Assembly: GCA_965112735.1 (NCBI GenBank) | Contig: OZ218952.1 | Location: 2,232,001 to 2,296,000 of the forward strand | Reading direction: 5' to 3' | DNA: 64,000 bases | DNA from: Phaeosaccion multiseriatum | Lineage: Eukaryota > Protista > Ochrophyta, other classes | Shown: positions 27,501 to 43,249 of the stretch, in pieces | Position numbering within the stretch: position 1 is the stretch's first letter | Layout of the letters: each line of letters opens with the position of its first letter | Notes under the pieces: model-generated | The model's database searches: none | Seen by the model: only the letters and a program-made list of their open reading frames with translations | Told to the model about the DNA's origin: nothing | Position numbers and translations under genes: made by a program

Positions 27501-30500
27501 CATGGTCTACGGCCTCCCCTGCCACCCCTTCTCCTCCTCCTCGCTCACTGCGCTGGGAGCTCTTGCTGCTCCCCTCCTCTTCACTCGAGGCGGCGGTGGT
27601 GGTTGTGGCGGTGTTAATATTGCTCGTGCTGACGCCGCCGCGGCTGCTGCTGCTGCTGCTGTTGCTACTATTGCGAACCCTCTCCTTCCTGCCCCCGTTT
27701 CTGCCAGCGTTGCGGCCATCTCCCCTATCGTTCCTGCTCCTTTTACTGGCATTCTCTCTCGGTCGGCGGCCATCCGCAGCCAGCTCTTCCTCCTCCTCCT
27801 CCTCCTCCTCCTCCTCCTCCTCCTCCTCCTCCTCCTCCTCCTCCTCCTCCTCCTCCTCCCCCCGTCCTTCGATGAGTACCATACCCACGCCCCCCCCGTC
27901 ATGAGCTGCTACGCCCACCCCTCCCTCCTCTCCCTCCCCCTCCTCCACCTCCATCCTCTCTTCCTCCTCCCTTCTTAGCAGGCTCTGCAAAAAGTGCTTG
28001 AACCCGGCAACATCATCACTCTCCTCCACAGCCGTTCCAAGCCCTCCAGCTCCAGCAGCTCCAGTAAGCGCCGCAACATCCTCTGCATCGATACCCCCGG
28101 CTTGTTGTCCTTCCCCCCACCGCCGCCCGAAGGTGACGGCATCAGCGAGACTCATTCTTCCACCACCCCGAAAGGCCGCCGCGGTTTCCGCATCCACGTC
28201 ATCATCCCCCTCGTTGTTGGGGCTGTTTGGGCTGTTTGGCTTATGTTCGCCTCCCTCCCGTCTCCCCTCTGACGCGCTGCTAAGGCTAACCTCTACTCCA
28301 ATGGCACCACCACCAACAAGAGGCGGCGCCGAGGCAGGAGGTGGTTTGGCTGCTGCTTCTTCTCCTCCTCCTCCTCCTCCTGCTCCTAAGCCCCCTCCTG
28401 CTCCACGCTCATCAGACACATCTTGATTCTTCGCACCCTCTGCAACAATGCTGCTTGGTGCAGCAGAAGTCACAACAACTTCGCCTTCCGGCAGTGGACC
28501 CAAGCCCGCCTCAAGCCCCTCTCCGTCTCCTCCTCCCCTCCCCGCTCCTCCTGTGGTCCGTACCTCGGACAGTTTCCCGCTATACACCTCCCCTAGCGCC
28601 TGCGTCATCATATCGAGGGCGCGGCCTACCCACCAATCGAGTTCTGGGGAGCCTGATCCCCACTGCTCAGTTACAACCCACGCCTGAACAAAGGAGTAGA
28701 AAACAACAACAACAACAGCAACAACAACAACAACAACAGCAGCAGCAACAAGGCAGGCCACTGTCAGTCAGTAGTCCGGGACATATCCAAAGGCCATATT
28801 GTGGTCCCTCAATCGTTGCCCATGTACACACACACACTTTCCCTCCCTTCCAGCGAGGTAGACATGTACACACTTGTCTACCCTTAGCTGCCGCATTTGA
28901 TGTGATCCCTCCCCTTCCCTTCCCTTCCCTTCCCTCCCTACCTCCTTCCCTCCCTCCTTCCCTCCCTCCCTCCTTCCCTCCTTCCCTCCCTCCCTCCCTC
29001 CTTCCCTCCTTCCCTCCCTCCCTCCCTCCTTCCCTCCCTACCTCCGTGTCGGCGGCTCTCCCCTGCAGGGGTGCATGCATGTCCGGCCGCTCCAGCAAGT
29101 GTTTCTCAATGGTGCCCAGTTGATGAAGCTCCTTCTGTAGCAGCATCTCCAGCAGCGCGATAAGCTCATCGTCGGCAGCGAGGGCCAGGGCCTTGCCTCC
29201 GAGGGGAGACTGACGCTCGAGAGCTCCGAGAAGGGCAGAGCGCACGAAGGTCATGCGTGCATGGCGGCTCTTGCGTTCCTGATGATGCGAGGGGGGGGGA
29301 GGGGTGGTGGAGGAGGAGGGGTAGGGGAGGGGGGCGGTGAGGAGGGGGTTTTGCACTGGCAATTTCATGCCCGAGGAGGACGGTAGCACACAATGTCCAA
29401 CTCTCATGGCTACTCATGAGGACGCCGATGACTGCTACACTACACACCACACATCACACCAAACACACACACCCACACGCGCACACACACGCACACACAC
29501 ACATACACACACATACATGCACACACGCACACACACACCTCTACCCACGTACCTTCCAAAAGACGAGCAAGTGCTGCACCTCCGTGGCCGAGTGCAGAAG
29601 CGCATCCCTCAACACTCTTAGGCACGCATCCGCCATGCGTGCCTGAACAATGGTCAGCGCCGCCTCCACGAGCTCGACGTGCGGACTCCCCGCCGGCAAG
29701 GCGAGCTGCTCTTTGAGCTTGTGGTGGGCCTGGGCAAGGCGAGAGAGGCCAGCGCCGAGGTCTTCTACATAGAGCTGTCTGCGGTGGGGTTTGCAGCGCA
29801 TCTGTAGCACGGAGGAGACCGTCTCCTTCACGTCAGCCCAATACGCCTAAGGTTTGGTTTGGAGGTTATGGAGAGCTGTAGTGAGGCAGTACGCCAAAGG
29901 TTGGGTTTGGAGACGTTGGAGGGCTGTTGTTGTACAGGGTTTGTTTACTCGATGTGTCTCGGGTTTGTTTGCGTTTTAGTTTTGGTGTGTGTTTGGTTTG
30001 GTCTGGAGGGGTAGGTAGGGTGGGCTGAGGTGGGTCTTGCGGGTCGTTGGGTAGGTTATACGCCCCTCCTGACCTTGCCCCTTCGCCCCCCCTGCCTAGC
30101 CTTGCCCCATACACCCATACGCCTGCCTGCCTGTCCCACTCACCATGACCATACGCACGGAGCCCGGCTGCTCCAACTCCGGTGCCTTGAGTTTTTCCAG
30201 GTCCAGCAGCAAAGAGCACCCCTCCAGCTCCAGCACGGTGCCTCTTGACTGGTACAGCTTGTCGCCACCGTCCAGGTTGATGTCTCTGTCAGTGAGGGAA
30301 GGGAGTGAGTGAGTGAGTGAGAGAGCGGCGGAGGGCGGAAGGCTCAGGAGGGTGGGACGCTAGAGATGATAAGAGCATGTGTGGAGGAAGGAGTAACGGT
30401 TTCTTGAGTACGACGCACGGGTGCCGGAGCAAAACATTTACGTAAACTCCTGCTGCTTCTGCTTCTCCGTGAACACGCATCCGCCATCGATACGATATCA

Positions 30501-31629
30501 TCACCCCCCCCCCCCCGTGACCCATATACCACCATGACCCTTGCACCGCACCACCGACTCACTGTGTGGACAGGATATTCCTCGTGAGCTTAGCGGCAAT
30601 GTTCCTGGCAAAGCGGATCATGTTGAGGCCCAGCAGGCTCAGCAAGGCCTTGCGCTTCCAGCGATATCGCATCCAGTGGCTCGTGAACACAGCGCTCTTC
30701 CAGATGAGGGAGGTGGTGTCCCTGGCCCTCCCCTGCACCACGGTGAAGTACGTCTCTATAAAGAGCCGCATGCCAGACGCGGTCTCTGAGCCCTGCAAGA
30801 CCCCACTTGAAGAGGAGGAGGACGAGGAGGAAGAGGAGGAGGAACCGCTTCTTCCGTCGCCTACTGCGGAGGGGACTGCCCCCTCTTCCCCCTTTGCCTC
30901 GCCCTCTCGTCGCCGCTTCTTCCAGCTCCTCCACATCCTCCAGTGAGGAGGCAAATCATCGTCGTCGCCAACGCTGTCCTCGTTGGCGTCTTTGGTATCG
31001 CTGCTTGCCCCACCCTCTTCCTCGCGCTCCTCCTGCCCCCCCCCGAATGGATTGAGACCCCTTGGGAGGCCGCGGAAAGGGAAAGGAGGAACGGTGCCCA
31101 TTGCAAGCCCTGCCGCCTTCCTCCTCCCCCGCCTCTTCCCTCGACTGCGGCCATTGCCCTGAAGCTGCTGTTCCTGCTGCTGCGGCCTCATCGACAAGGA
31201 GCCAGGTCGCGATGGAGCACTGCGGCGTTGGTTCCGCGTGACAGACAGGCGCGCCGGAGCAACAGCAGTACCAGTCCCTGCAGTCGCTTCCCCGCCTGGT
31301 CTCAGCCCTTCCGCCCGCGTTGTGGCCCTCTCTCGTCGCGAGCCTGCTACGTCTTTCGCCGTCGTCGTCGCTACACGGTGTCCGACTCCTCCGTGCCGAA
31401 GGGAAGCGGCTGCTGCTCCAGTGCTTTTGCATAGAAGAAGGAGAAAAGCGGCGCCAGTCCAAGGCGCCGAAGGCCCGTCGCTATCCCAGTGGGGAGTAGC
31501 GTAATCCGTCCTCCTCCTTCTCCTCCCCTTTGTCTCCATCCTTGGGGGCCTAAGGAGATTGGCACAGAGGAGAATCAGCAGCACGCAGCAGCACAGCAGG
31601 AGGAAGAAAGCAAGCCGAGCTTTCCACAC
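24594..31629 (-). CDS. NCA2: NCA2/DGS1-family mitochondrial membrane protein; multi-exon, start uncertain
   Basis: QYERDTPQAIKNLLRGKIVRNMLIQ|VQFIKKELMVAMEAIDDLYHANQ|VNLQLMAVFPAL matches the NCA2 core (YE..PI.NL..G...R..LIQVQ..K..ME.D.IL..N). Also present: YGSLVLIL near the C-terminus and IFWEEQL. Confidence 0.75.
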
Positions 31630-31805
31630 AAGGCAGCGTTTTTACAGCTGCAACAGATGAAAAAAAAAAAAAAGAGAGAGAAACCGATGCCCAATTTGTG
31701 GTACCCAAGCTCGGGGTTTATCGTTTTCCGCGATCTTACCGCCTGCCGATCGATTCGATTCCTTGCCCCACAAGTTACAGTCCTCTTCACAGGAGATCAA
31801 AGACC

Positions 31806-32027
31806 ATGGATGGGGTGGGAGATAGCAGCACAGCAGCTCAGAACACTAGCGAACGCCCTTCAATCACGTCTGCTTCGGCTGGAGTGGCTGGGACCAAAGT
31901 GTTGAAGGACGAAAGCTCGGCGTCTCAGCAAATACCTGCTCTTGCTGAGAGTGAGACGAAAGCTCCGAAGTCCTCCGTGTCATCGCCTCCTCAAAGCGAA
32001 GACGTTGACAGCGGTAGCAAGGGCAAG

Positions 32028-32058
<31 letters not shown>

Positions 32059-32995
32059 GTGGGGTTGACATCAAGCCCAAGTCCGCCGCGGGGGGGGGAG
32101 AAACGGTCCCTTCAAGTAAAACCACAAGATCCACAGATACGACAAAGGCTGCAGACATGCCTTCTTCTAGCTCTACCACCGCAGCGACCCCAGCCAGTAC
32201 AACATCTGCCGCAGCAACCACCACCACCACCCCCACCACCACCGCTCGGAAAGGCAACAAGAGAGGTGATATTGCAAAAGACATTAAGGACGTTCTCGCA
32301 GATATCAACCTTGGGCTCTCGCAGCCCCTGAAGCAGGATCTGCCGCAAACTGACAAGACGCAGGCGAAGGGTGCGGAGGGGTCGGCCGAGGGGCAGCCTC
32401 AAGGTATGGCCCACACCGGCGAGAGGCAGCAAGAGGGCGGCCAGCACACCGCCCCCCTGCAAAAGAAGAAAGAGACTCAGCCGAACAAGAGCCCACCTAT
32501 AGCCAAAAACTCTGCGCGCTCCGGCGGTGCCCCAGTCACCACCAATGCGCCAACGGACGATGCGCCAAATAGGAGCAGCCGAGCAGGGAGGGGCAAGGGT
32601 AGGGGCAAGGGCAAAGCAGGGGGAGGGGGGGCAGAAGGCAACGCAGGCAGCCAGACCAGTATGACTGCTGCCAAGCCTTTTGGATCAGCACCAGCAGCGA
32701 CTCCTCCACCCCCTCCCGCAGCTGCTACCGCATCATCATCATCCGCACCAGCGAAGAGGACTGGGGCGAAGCAGCCACAGGTGAATGACGGCATCCTCGC
32801 TTCCCAGCAAAAGCTTAAGGCTCTTATTATGGGCCCCGGTCAAAGCGTGAAGGCTCAACAAAAGGGCGCTGCCTCTGTCGATCCTACCTCCAAGCCTTCA
32901 CCACCACAGCAGCAGGTCCAGCAACAGCCTGACCAGAACAAGAAGCAGCAACAGCAGCAGCCAAGCAAACGGAAGCAGACTCAACCGAAGCAGAT

Positions 32996-33042
<47 letters not shown>

Positions 33043-33214
33043 CCCAGCAGCTCCAGCAGCCTCAGAGCAAAACTCAATCGAAGCAGACTCAACAGAAGCA
33101 GCAGCCCCGGCAGCAGCAGAGCAAAAGCCAACCGAAGCAGACTCAATCTACGCAGATGCTGCAGCAGCAGCAGCAGAGCAAGGGTCAGCGTGTTCAGCAA
33201 CCCCGGCAGCAGCC

Positions 33215-33286
<72 letters not shown>

Positions 33287-33323
33287 GCAACAACAACGGC
33301 AGGAGCTTCAGCAGCAGCAGCCT

Positions 33324-33358
<35 letters not shown>

Positions 33359-33467
33359 GCAACAGCAGCAGCGGCAACAGCAGCAGCGGCAACAGCAGCA
33401 ACCGAAGCAGACGCGGGAGCAGCCGCAGCAGCAGAGCAACAGCCAACGTGTACAGCAACCCGGACAG

Positions 33468-33501
<34 letters not shown>

Positions 33502-33708
33502 CCCGGCAACAGCAGAGCAGAAGTCAACCGCAGCGGATACAGCCACAACCGCAGCAACAGAGCAGGCAACAACCACCACCACCACAACAGCGACGGCAGC
33601 AACAGCCGCAGAGTATGCAAGTGCAAGCCTTGCCACTGCAACATTCTGGGTCGCTTCAGCAGCAGCCTTTACCTCTCCAGCCTTCCAACTTTCTGACAGG
33701 GGCCCCTC

Positions 33709-33746
<38 letters not shown>

Positions 33747-35980
33747 CTGGGGAGCATGGCAGTGGTGCAGAGCGTGAATGTTCCTCCTGAGCTGCACGCC
33801 TGGGCTTCTTACGACAATTCCCGCTTTGTGGAGGTTTTGAACAAGGTGCGTCCGATTGACCTGTGCAGTTTCTCTCTCTCTTGTTTCTCTCCCTCTCCCC
33901 CTCTCCCCCTCTCCCCCTCTCCCCCTCTCCCCCTCTCCCCCTCTCTCTCTCTCTGCCCTTGCTTGTGCACATATCGGGCTCTGATTCCTCTGTCTCTCAT
34001 CCTCGCCAACCTCAACCTCCCGCCCTCGGCCCCCTCCCCTCGACCGTCCCCCCCCCCCCACAGACCAAGCAAACGAGCGGCGTTTACAGTATGGAGGTAA
34101 AGGGGTACGCAACAGACCAGGACGGAGGAGGAGGAGGAGGAGGAGGAGGAGGAGGAGATGGCGGCCAATGGGTGAAGCAGATAGCCATCCTTGCCCGTGT
34201 GGAGAAGGATGCGGCGGTGGCTGTGAAAATGCTTGCTGCGCACATGAGGCACCAGAAGGACCTGCAGCGGGTGGAGGAGCGGCAGATGAAGCAGCAGCAG
34301 GACCTGTCGCACATTCAGAGCCAGCTCAGCAACGGGCTGAGGAGGAAGTTCAAGGTGCAGCCTGACTTTGTGGGGGCCATCATTGGGAAGGCAGGTGAGG
34401 GAGGGAGTTGAGGGAAGAAAGGATGGGAGAGAGTGGGTGAGTAAGGGAGGAAGGGAGGGAGGGGGTTGGGTGTGAGTGGGAAAGAAGGTGGAGGGCGGGT
34501 TGAGATGTGTGGGGCTCGACGCAGGAATATGGGCGGGGAGAGGGGAGGAGGGGGAGCACTTGGGTCCGTTTGGTGCAAAGGAAACAACGAAGACGAGCCA
34601 CAAAACTGAGGACAAGGTCTTTGTTGAGCCGATGACTGTCTCTTCCTCTAACCCAACCCCTTCATCCATACACCAGGCCCTGGACCCACCCTTGCTCCTT
34701 TCCCCCCTCTGCTTTCTTTTGTCCCCTCCATCTTTGCCTCCACCACGACATCCCACTGCCTTACTGCCCCACTGCCTTACTGCCCCACTACCTTACTGCC
34801 CCATTGCCTTACTGACCCACTGCCTTACTGCCCCACTGCCTTACTGCCCCACTGCCTTACTGCCCCACTGCCTTCCTGTCCCATTGCCTTACTGCCCCAC
34901 TGCCTGACTGCTGTTGTCCTAACGTTAGGCGAGCACATCAACCTTGTCGAGGCTCAGACGGGCTGCCAAGTGACTGTGGAGTCCTCCTCCGCACGAGGGG
35001 AGGCGTGGGTGCACATAGTGGGCCCCTCGAGCGAGGCGGTGGAGCAGGCGGTGGTAATGACGGACATGCAGGAGGAGCTGGTCGGGATCACGGCCCAGCA
35101 GTACCAGCTGCTGCGTGCGAGGGAGTCCGCTGGCAAGCTTCAGGTTAGTCAGTGTTGCATCGTGAGTGTGTGTGTGTTTGCTATGATTGATGAGTGAGTG
35201 AGTGAGTGAGTGAGTGAGTGAGGGTTTCAGTGCTGACCAGTGTGTGCGCGTTCCTCCTCAACGCGCGTTGTGCCATCGTCGCAGCCCCGCCCCCGCCCCC
35301 CCTTCTCCAACAACCCACTCAAAACGCCCCCCAACCTTCCTTCCTTCTGTCCTTCTCTCTTGCTCCTGTATACAACACAAACCAAACCAGACGTTACGCG
35401 AGGAAAGTAACTGCATCTTTGTACGAGTGGTCGACGGGTCACCAGAGAACAACCACAGCAGGGGTGTGCGTCTCGTGGGCTCCAGGCCGAGCGTGGACGA
35501 AGGCAAGTTGCTGCTGAGCATCTGCCTCGAGTATGTGGACCGCCAGATTGAGGAGGAGCAGAAGGAGCAGCAAGTGGCTCAGCAGCTGCGAGAGATACAG
35601 AGGGGAGACGGTATGCAGCGCAGGGGGGCGCGGGGCGGCAGCGGCGGCGGCGGAGGAGGAGGAGGGGGCGGAGGCAGAGCGAGCAGTGGCCGAGCCCGTG
35701 GTGGCGTGCATGTCCAGCATCAGCAGCATCAGCAGCAGCAACAGGAACAAGAACTGCCGCAGCCGCCGCCGCCACAGACCCAAGACCCGTACGGTGTCCA
35801 GCAACAGCAGCAGCACCAACAGCAGCAGCAGCAACAGCAGCAGCCGTATCAGGGCTGGCGGGGGCAGGACCCTTACGCGCACCTGCAGCAACAAGAGCAG
35901 CAACATCTGCAGCACGTCAAGCGGCAGCCGTACAGGCGTGGTCAGCAGCAAAGGGGAAGCGCAGGGCCTTCACATCCCCC

Positions 35981-36015
<35 letters not shown>

Positions 36016-36122
36016 CACCAGAAGAGACGCCGCCACCGCCGGAGACGTATCAGCAGCAGCAGCAGCAGCAGCAGCAGCGGCAGCAACCGAGGTCCTCGCG
36101 AAGGAGGAGGGGTGCCGCGTGA
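31806..36122 (+). CDS. FMR1/FXR-like KH-domain RNA-binding protein with polyQ regions
   Basis: Exons 31806-33845, 34064-34394, 34929-35143, 35391-36122, all in phase. KH0-like (VNVPPELH...IAILA...KMLAAHMR), KH1 with FVGAIIGKAGEHI, degenerate KH2, LLSICLEYV..QVAQQLREI, then RGG segments. Confidence 0.7.
32900..33750 (+). repeat. Coding (CAG/CAA)n polyglutamine region
   Basis: Directly visible in exon 1 of the FMR1-like gene. Confidence 0.9.
34752..34908. repeat. Intronic ~16-bp tandem repeat (CCCACTGCCTTACTGC)n
   Basis: Directly visible degenerate array. Confidence 0.85.
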
Positions 36123-36508
36123 TAATTGGTGAATGGTCGCTTGAAGGAACGACAGGCAGGAAGGCATACACACATGCTCACAGGGGAGGGGGGCAAGTTG
36201 TTGAGTGAGGGGCGTCCTTGTTTTACGGGGCTTCGGTGAACTGCTACCTGTTATGGGAAGGAAGGAAGGAAGGAAGGAAGTAAGGAAGGAAGAAAGAAAG
36301 GAAGGAGGAAGGAAGTGTGTGTTTAACTTTTTGTATGGTGCGCAATGTGTGGTTGTGGATGTGGAAGGCGTGTGTTGTGGATGTGGCAGGCTGTGCTGTG
36401 CTGTGGCAGTTACGATGGGATGGGACGGATGAATTCCTCTCTACATGTTTAATGACGCCTTGTGCGTCTGTGTATCTCTATCTTGAAACAAGACAAGGTG
36501 GATACTTC

Positions 36509-36526
36509 CTTTAATTAAAATTAATT
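36509..36526. promoter_or_regulatory. AT-rich 18-mer CTTTAATTAAAATTAATT, candidate 3'-end signal (copy 1)
   Basis: Identical copy at 51148-51165; both lie between convergent genes. Function is inferred only. Confidence 0.35.
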
Positions 36527-36558
36527 AAAAAAACGAATTGTATGTACTATGTACTGTG

Positions 36559-41232
<4,674 letters not shown>

Positions 41233-41584
41233 CCTCCCAACGCTACTGGTGCTCACAACTGCCCCCAAAAGTAGGGGGGTGGGCGATGACGAGATGACTC
41301 ACACCGAAAGTAAGTCAAGGAACCGTAACAGGAGGAAAATGAAAGGAGGAAGGGGGGGGAGGCATTTCCAAGAGCTACACGAAGAGCTTACAGCGCTTCT
41401 CCCAGCGTCATTTTGCGGAGTTCGTGCAAGTAGTTTATTGGGGGCGAACAAAAAAAATTAATTAAACGAACGCAAACACAAACGCGAGAGGGAGGGGGTT
41501 ACGGAAAGGCATGAGAAACAACAGGGTCCCCAGCCCACCCACGAGCGGAGCAGAGGTGGGCCCTTCCTCCTCATCTCAGCCATG

Positions 41585-43057
41585 TCATCGAGACGAACCC
41601 CCCTCCCGCACAATGCCAAAGTCCGCGGCCCGCTGCCAGAGCTTCTCCTTCTCCTCGTCCGCGCCGCTCCTTTCGCACATGCTCTGCAGCACCCAAAACG
41701 TCGCTTCATCGGGTCGGAGGTTGTCTGCCTTCATCGCTTCGACCAGCCCGAGAGCAAGCGAGACGTTGTCGTTGCACGCACCGAACAGAGCGCCGTAGGT
41801 GACCATTGAGGGCTTGAGGCCCTTCTTCCGCAGGAGTTGCAACACACTGAGAGCCTTCCTCGTCTCTTTCGCCTTGCCGAGCGCGGAAATGAGCGAGGTG
41901 TACACCACAAGGTTGGGCTCCAGCCCCGCAGCCACGATGTCTCGAACAACGTCGATGGCAGCCTGATAATCATTACCTCGGATGTACACGTCCATGAGCG
42001 TGTTGTAAGTGACAATATCGGCCTTGATACGGTCCACCTGCATTTGCTTGGCCACATCCATCGCCAGCTCGACGTTGTTCGTCTTTCCGCAGGTGTCAAG
42101 CAGTACATTATACGTAGATAGCGTGGGTTGGAGACCTTCCGCTCGCATCTGAGCTAACAATTTTACGGCCTCCTCGGAGGCGGACGGGCCGTCGTCCGAT
42201 GTGCCACATATCTTGATCAATGAGGTGAAAGTCAGTGCATCCGGCACCACCCCTTGCTCCCTCATTTCCCCAAGCAGAGCCAAGGCCTTTCTGTACTCGT
42301 TGGTTTGGCCGTACGCCACAATCAGGCCATTGAAAGTCCTAGCCGTTGGTCGCAGACCATCCTTCTGCATCGCCATCAATACCTGGCGCCCCTTCTCTGG
42401 CTCGCTGGCCTTTCCCAGTGCGTCGATGACCGCGGAGTACGTCACAACGTTAGGTGCTGGTCCATGCTTCTTCATATCAGAGAGCAGCATCACGGCCTGT
42501 CTCCATTGGCCAGCTCGCCCAAAGGCAGTGACGGCAGCGCTGCAGCAAATCACGTCCGGCCGAACCCCCCGCACTTTAGCCTCGTCAATAGCTTCCTTCA
42601 CTCCTTGCCAATCTCCTTCCCGGTCCAGCCCCTGAATCTCTCTCAGCAGCTTGATTTGAGCGCTTTTGTCACTATTGAGCGGTGAGGTCCTCCTGGGCCC
42701 GAAGTCATCAAGCCCCCCCCCTCCTCCACCGCCTGCAAACAGCGGTCTCGTGGCCCTCCGCCGCCGACCTGGTGCAGGAATCACTCCTCCTAGAGTGGTT
42801 TGTTGTCGATTTGAGGGCCTGGCCATGCTTCCCCTACTGCGATTGGTGTGGCTCCTTTGTGTGCCACTCATGGCATCAGCCAAGGTCGACTCCATGAGAG
42901 CGCTCCTTGGTGTAAAGCCATCACTCCCCCTGCAGCATAAGCCAAGTAGCGCTATCGCTACTGCGGCACTCTTCCCTGTGGTACACCCCACATGATTCCC
43001 TTCAATAGGCCTTCGTCCACTAAATCGCTCTGCCCTCGCTTGAGCTGAGCCTCTCAT
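41585..43057 (-). CDS. Pentatricopeptide repeat (PPR) protein with bipartite-type presequence, intronless
   Basis: About 9 repeats of ~35 aa (PNVVTYSAVIDALGKA, PTARTFNGLIVAYGQ, ADIVTYNTLMDVY, PNLVVYTSLISALGK). Leader AVAIALLGLCCRGSDG-FTP. First plausible ATG 43057; the ORF extends to 43237. Confidence 0.9.
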   Translation of the reverse strand: MRGSAQARAERFSGRRPIEGNHVGCTTGKSAAVAIALLGLCCRGSDGFTPRSALMESTLADAMSGTQRSHTNRSRGSMARPSNRQQTTLGGVIPAPGRRRRATRPLFAGGGGGGGLDDFGPRRTSPLNSDKSAQIKLLREIQGLDREGDWQGVKEAIDEAKVRGVRPDVICCSAAVTAFGRAGQWRQAVMLLSDMKKHGPAPNVVTYSAVIDALGKASEPEKGRQVLMAMQKDGLRPTARTFNGLIVAYGQTNEYRKALALLGEMREQGVVPDALTFTSLIKICGTSDDGPSASEEAVKLLAQMRAEGLQPTLSTYNVLLDTCGKTNNVELAMDVAKQMQVDRIKADIVTYNTLMDVYIRGNDYQAAIDVVRDIVAAGLEPNLVVYTSLISALGKAKETRKALSVLQLLRKKGLKPSMVTYGALFGACNDNVSLALGLVEAMKADNLRPDEATFWVLQSMCERSGADEEKEKLWQRAADFGIVREGGSSR

Positions 43058-43249
43058 TATTAATTGGTTTGGGTTGATATCTGGCTTTCTTTCAGCTGAG
43101 ATATAAAAAACAATTCCAATCCAGGTGTGATTTCCCCATGGAGAACCAACACACTCACAAAACCCACACCGCTTATATCCCAGCTGTTGTATCTCTCGTG
43201 GGGCGCTACTCACCGGCAAGACCACTTCATTCATCACAACAGAGGATCA

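Noticed and set aside
32898-33972. Poly-Leu, poly-Ala and poly-Ser ORFs overlapping the FMR1-like gene
   Set aside because: Shadow frames of CAG repeats.
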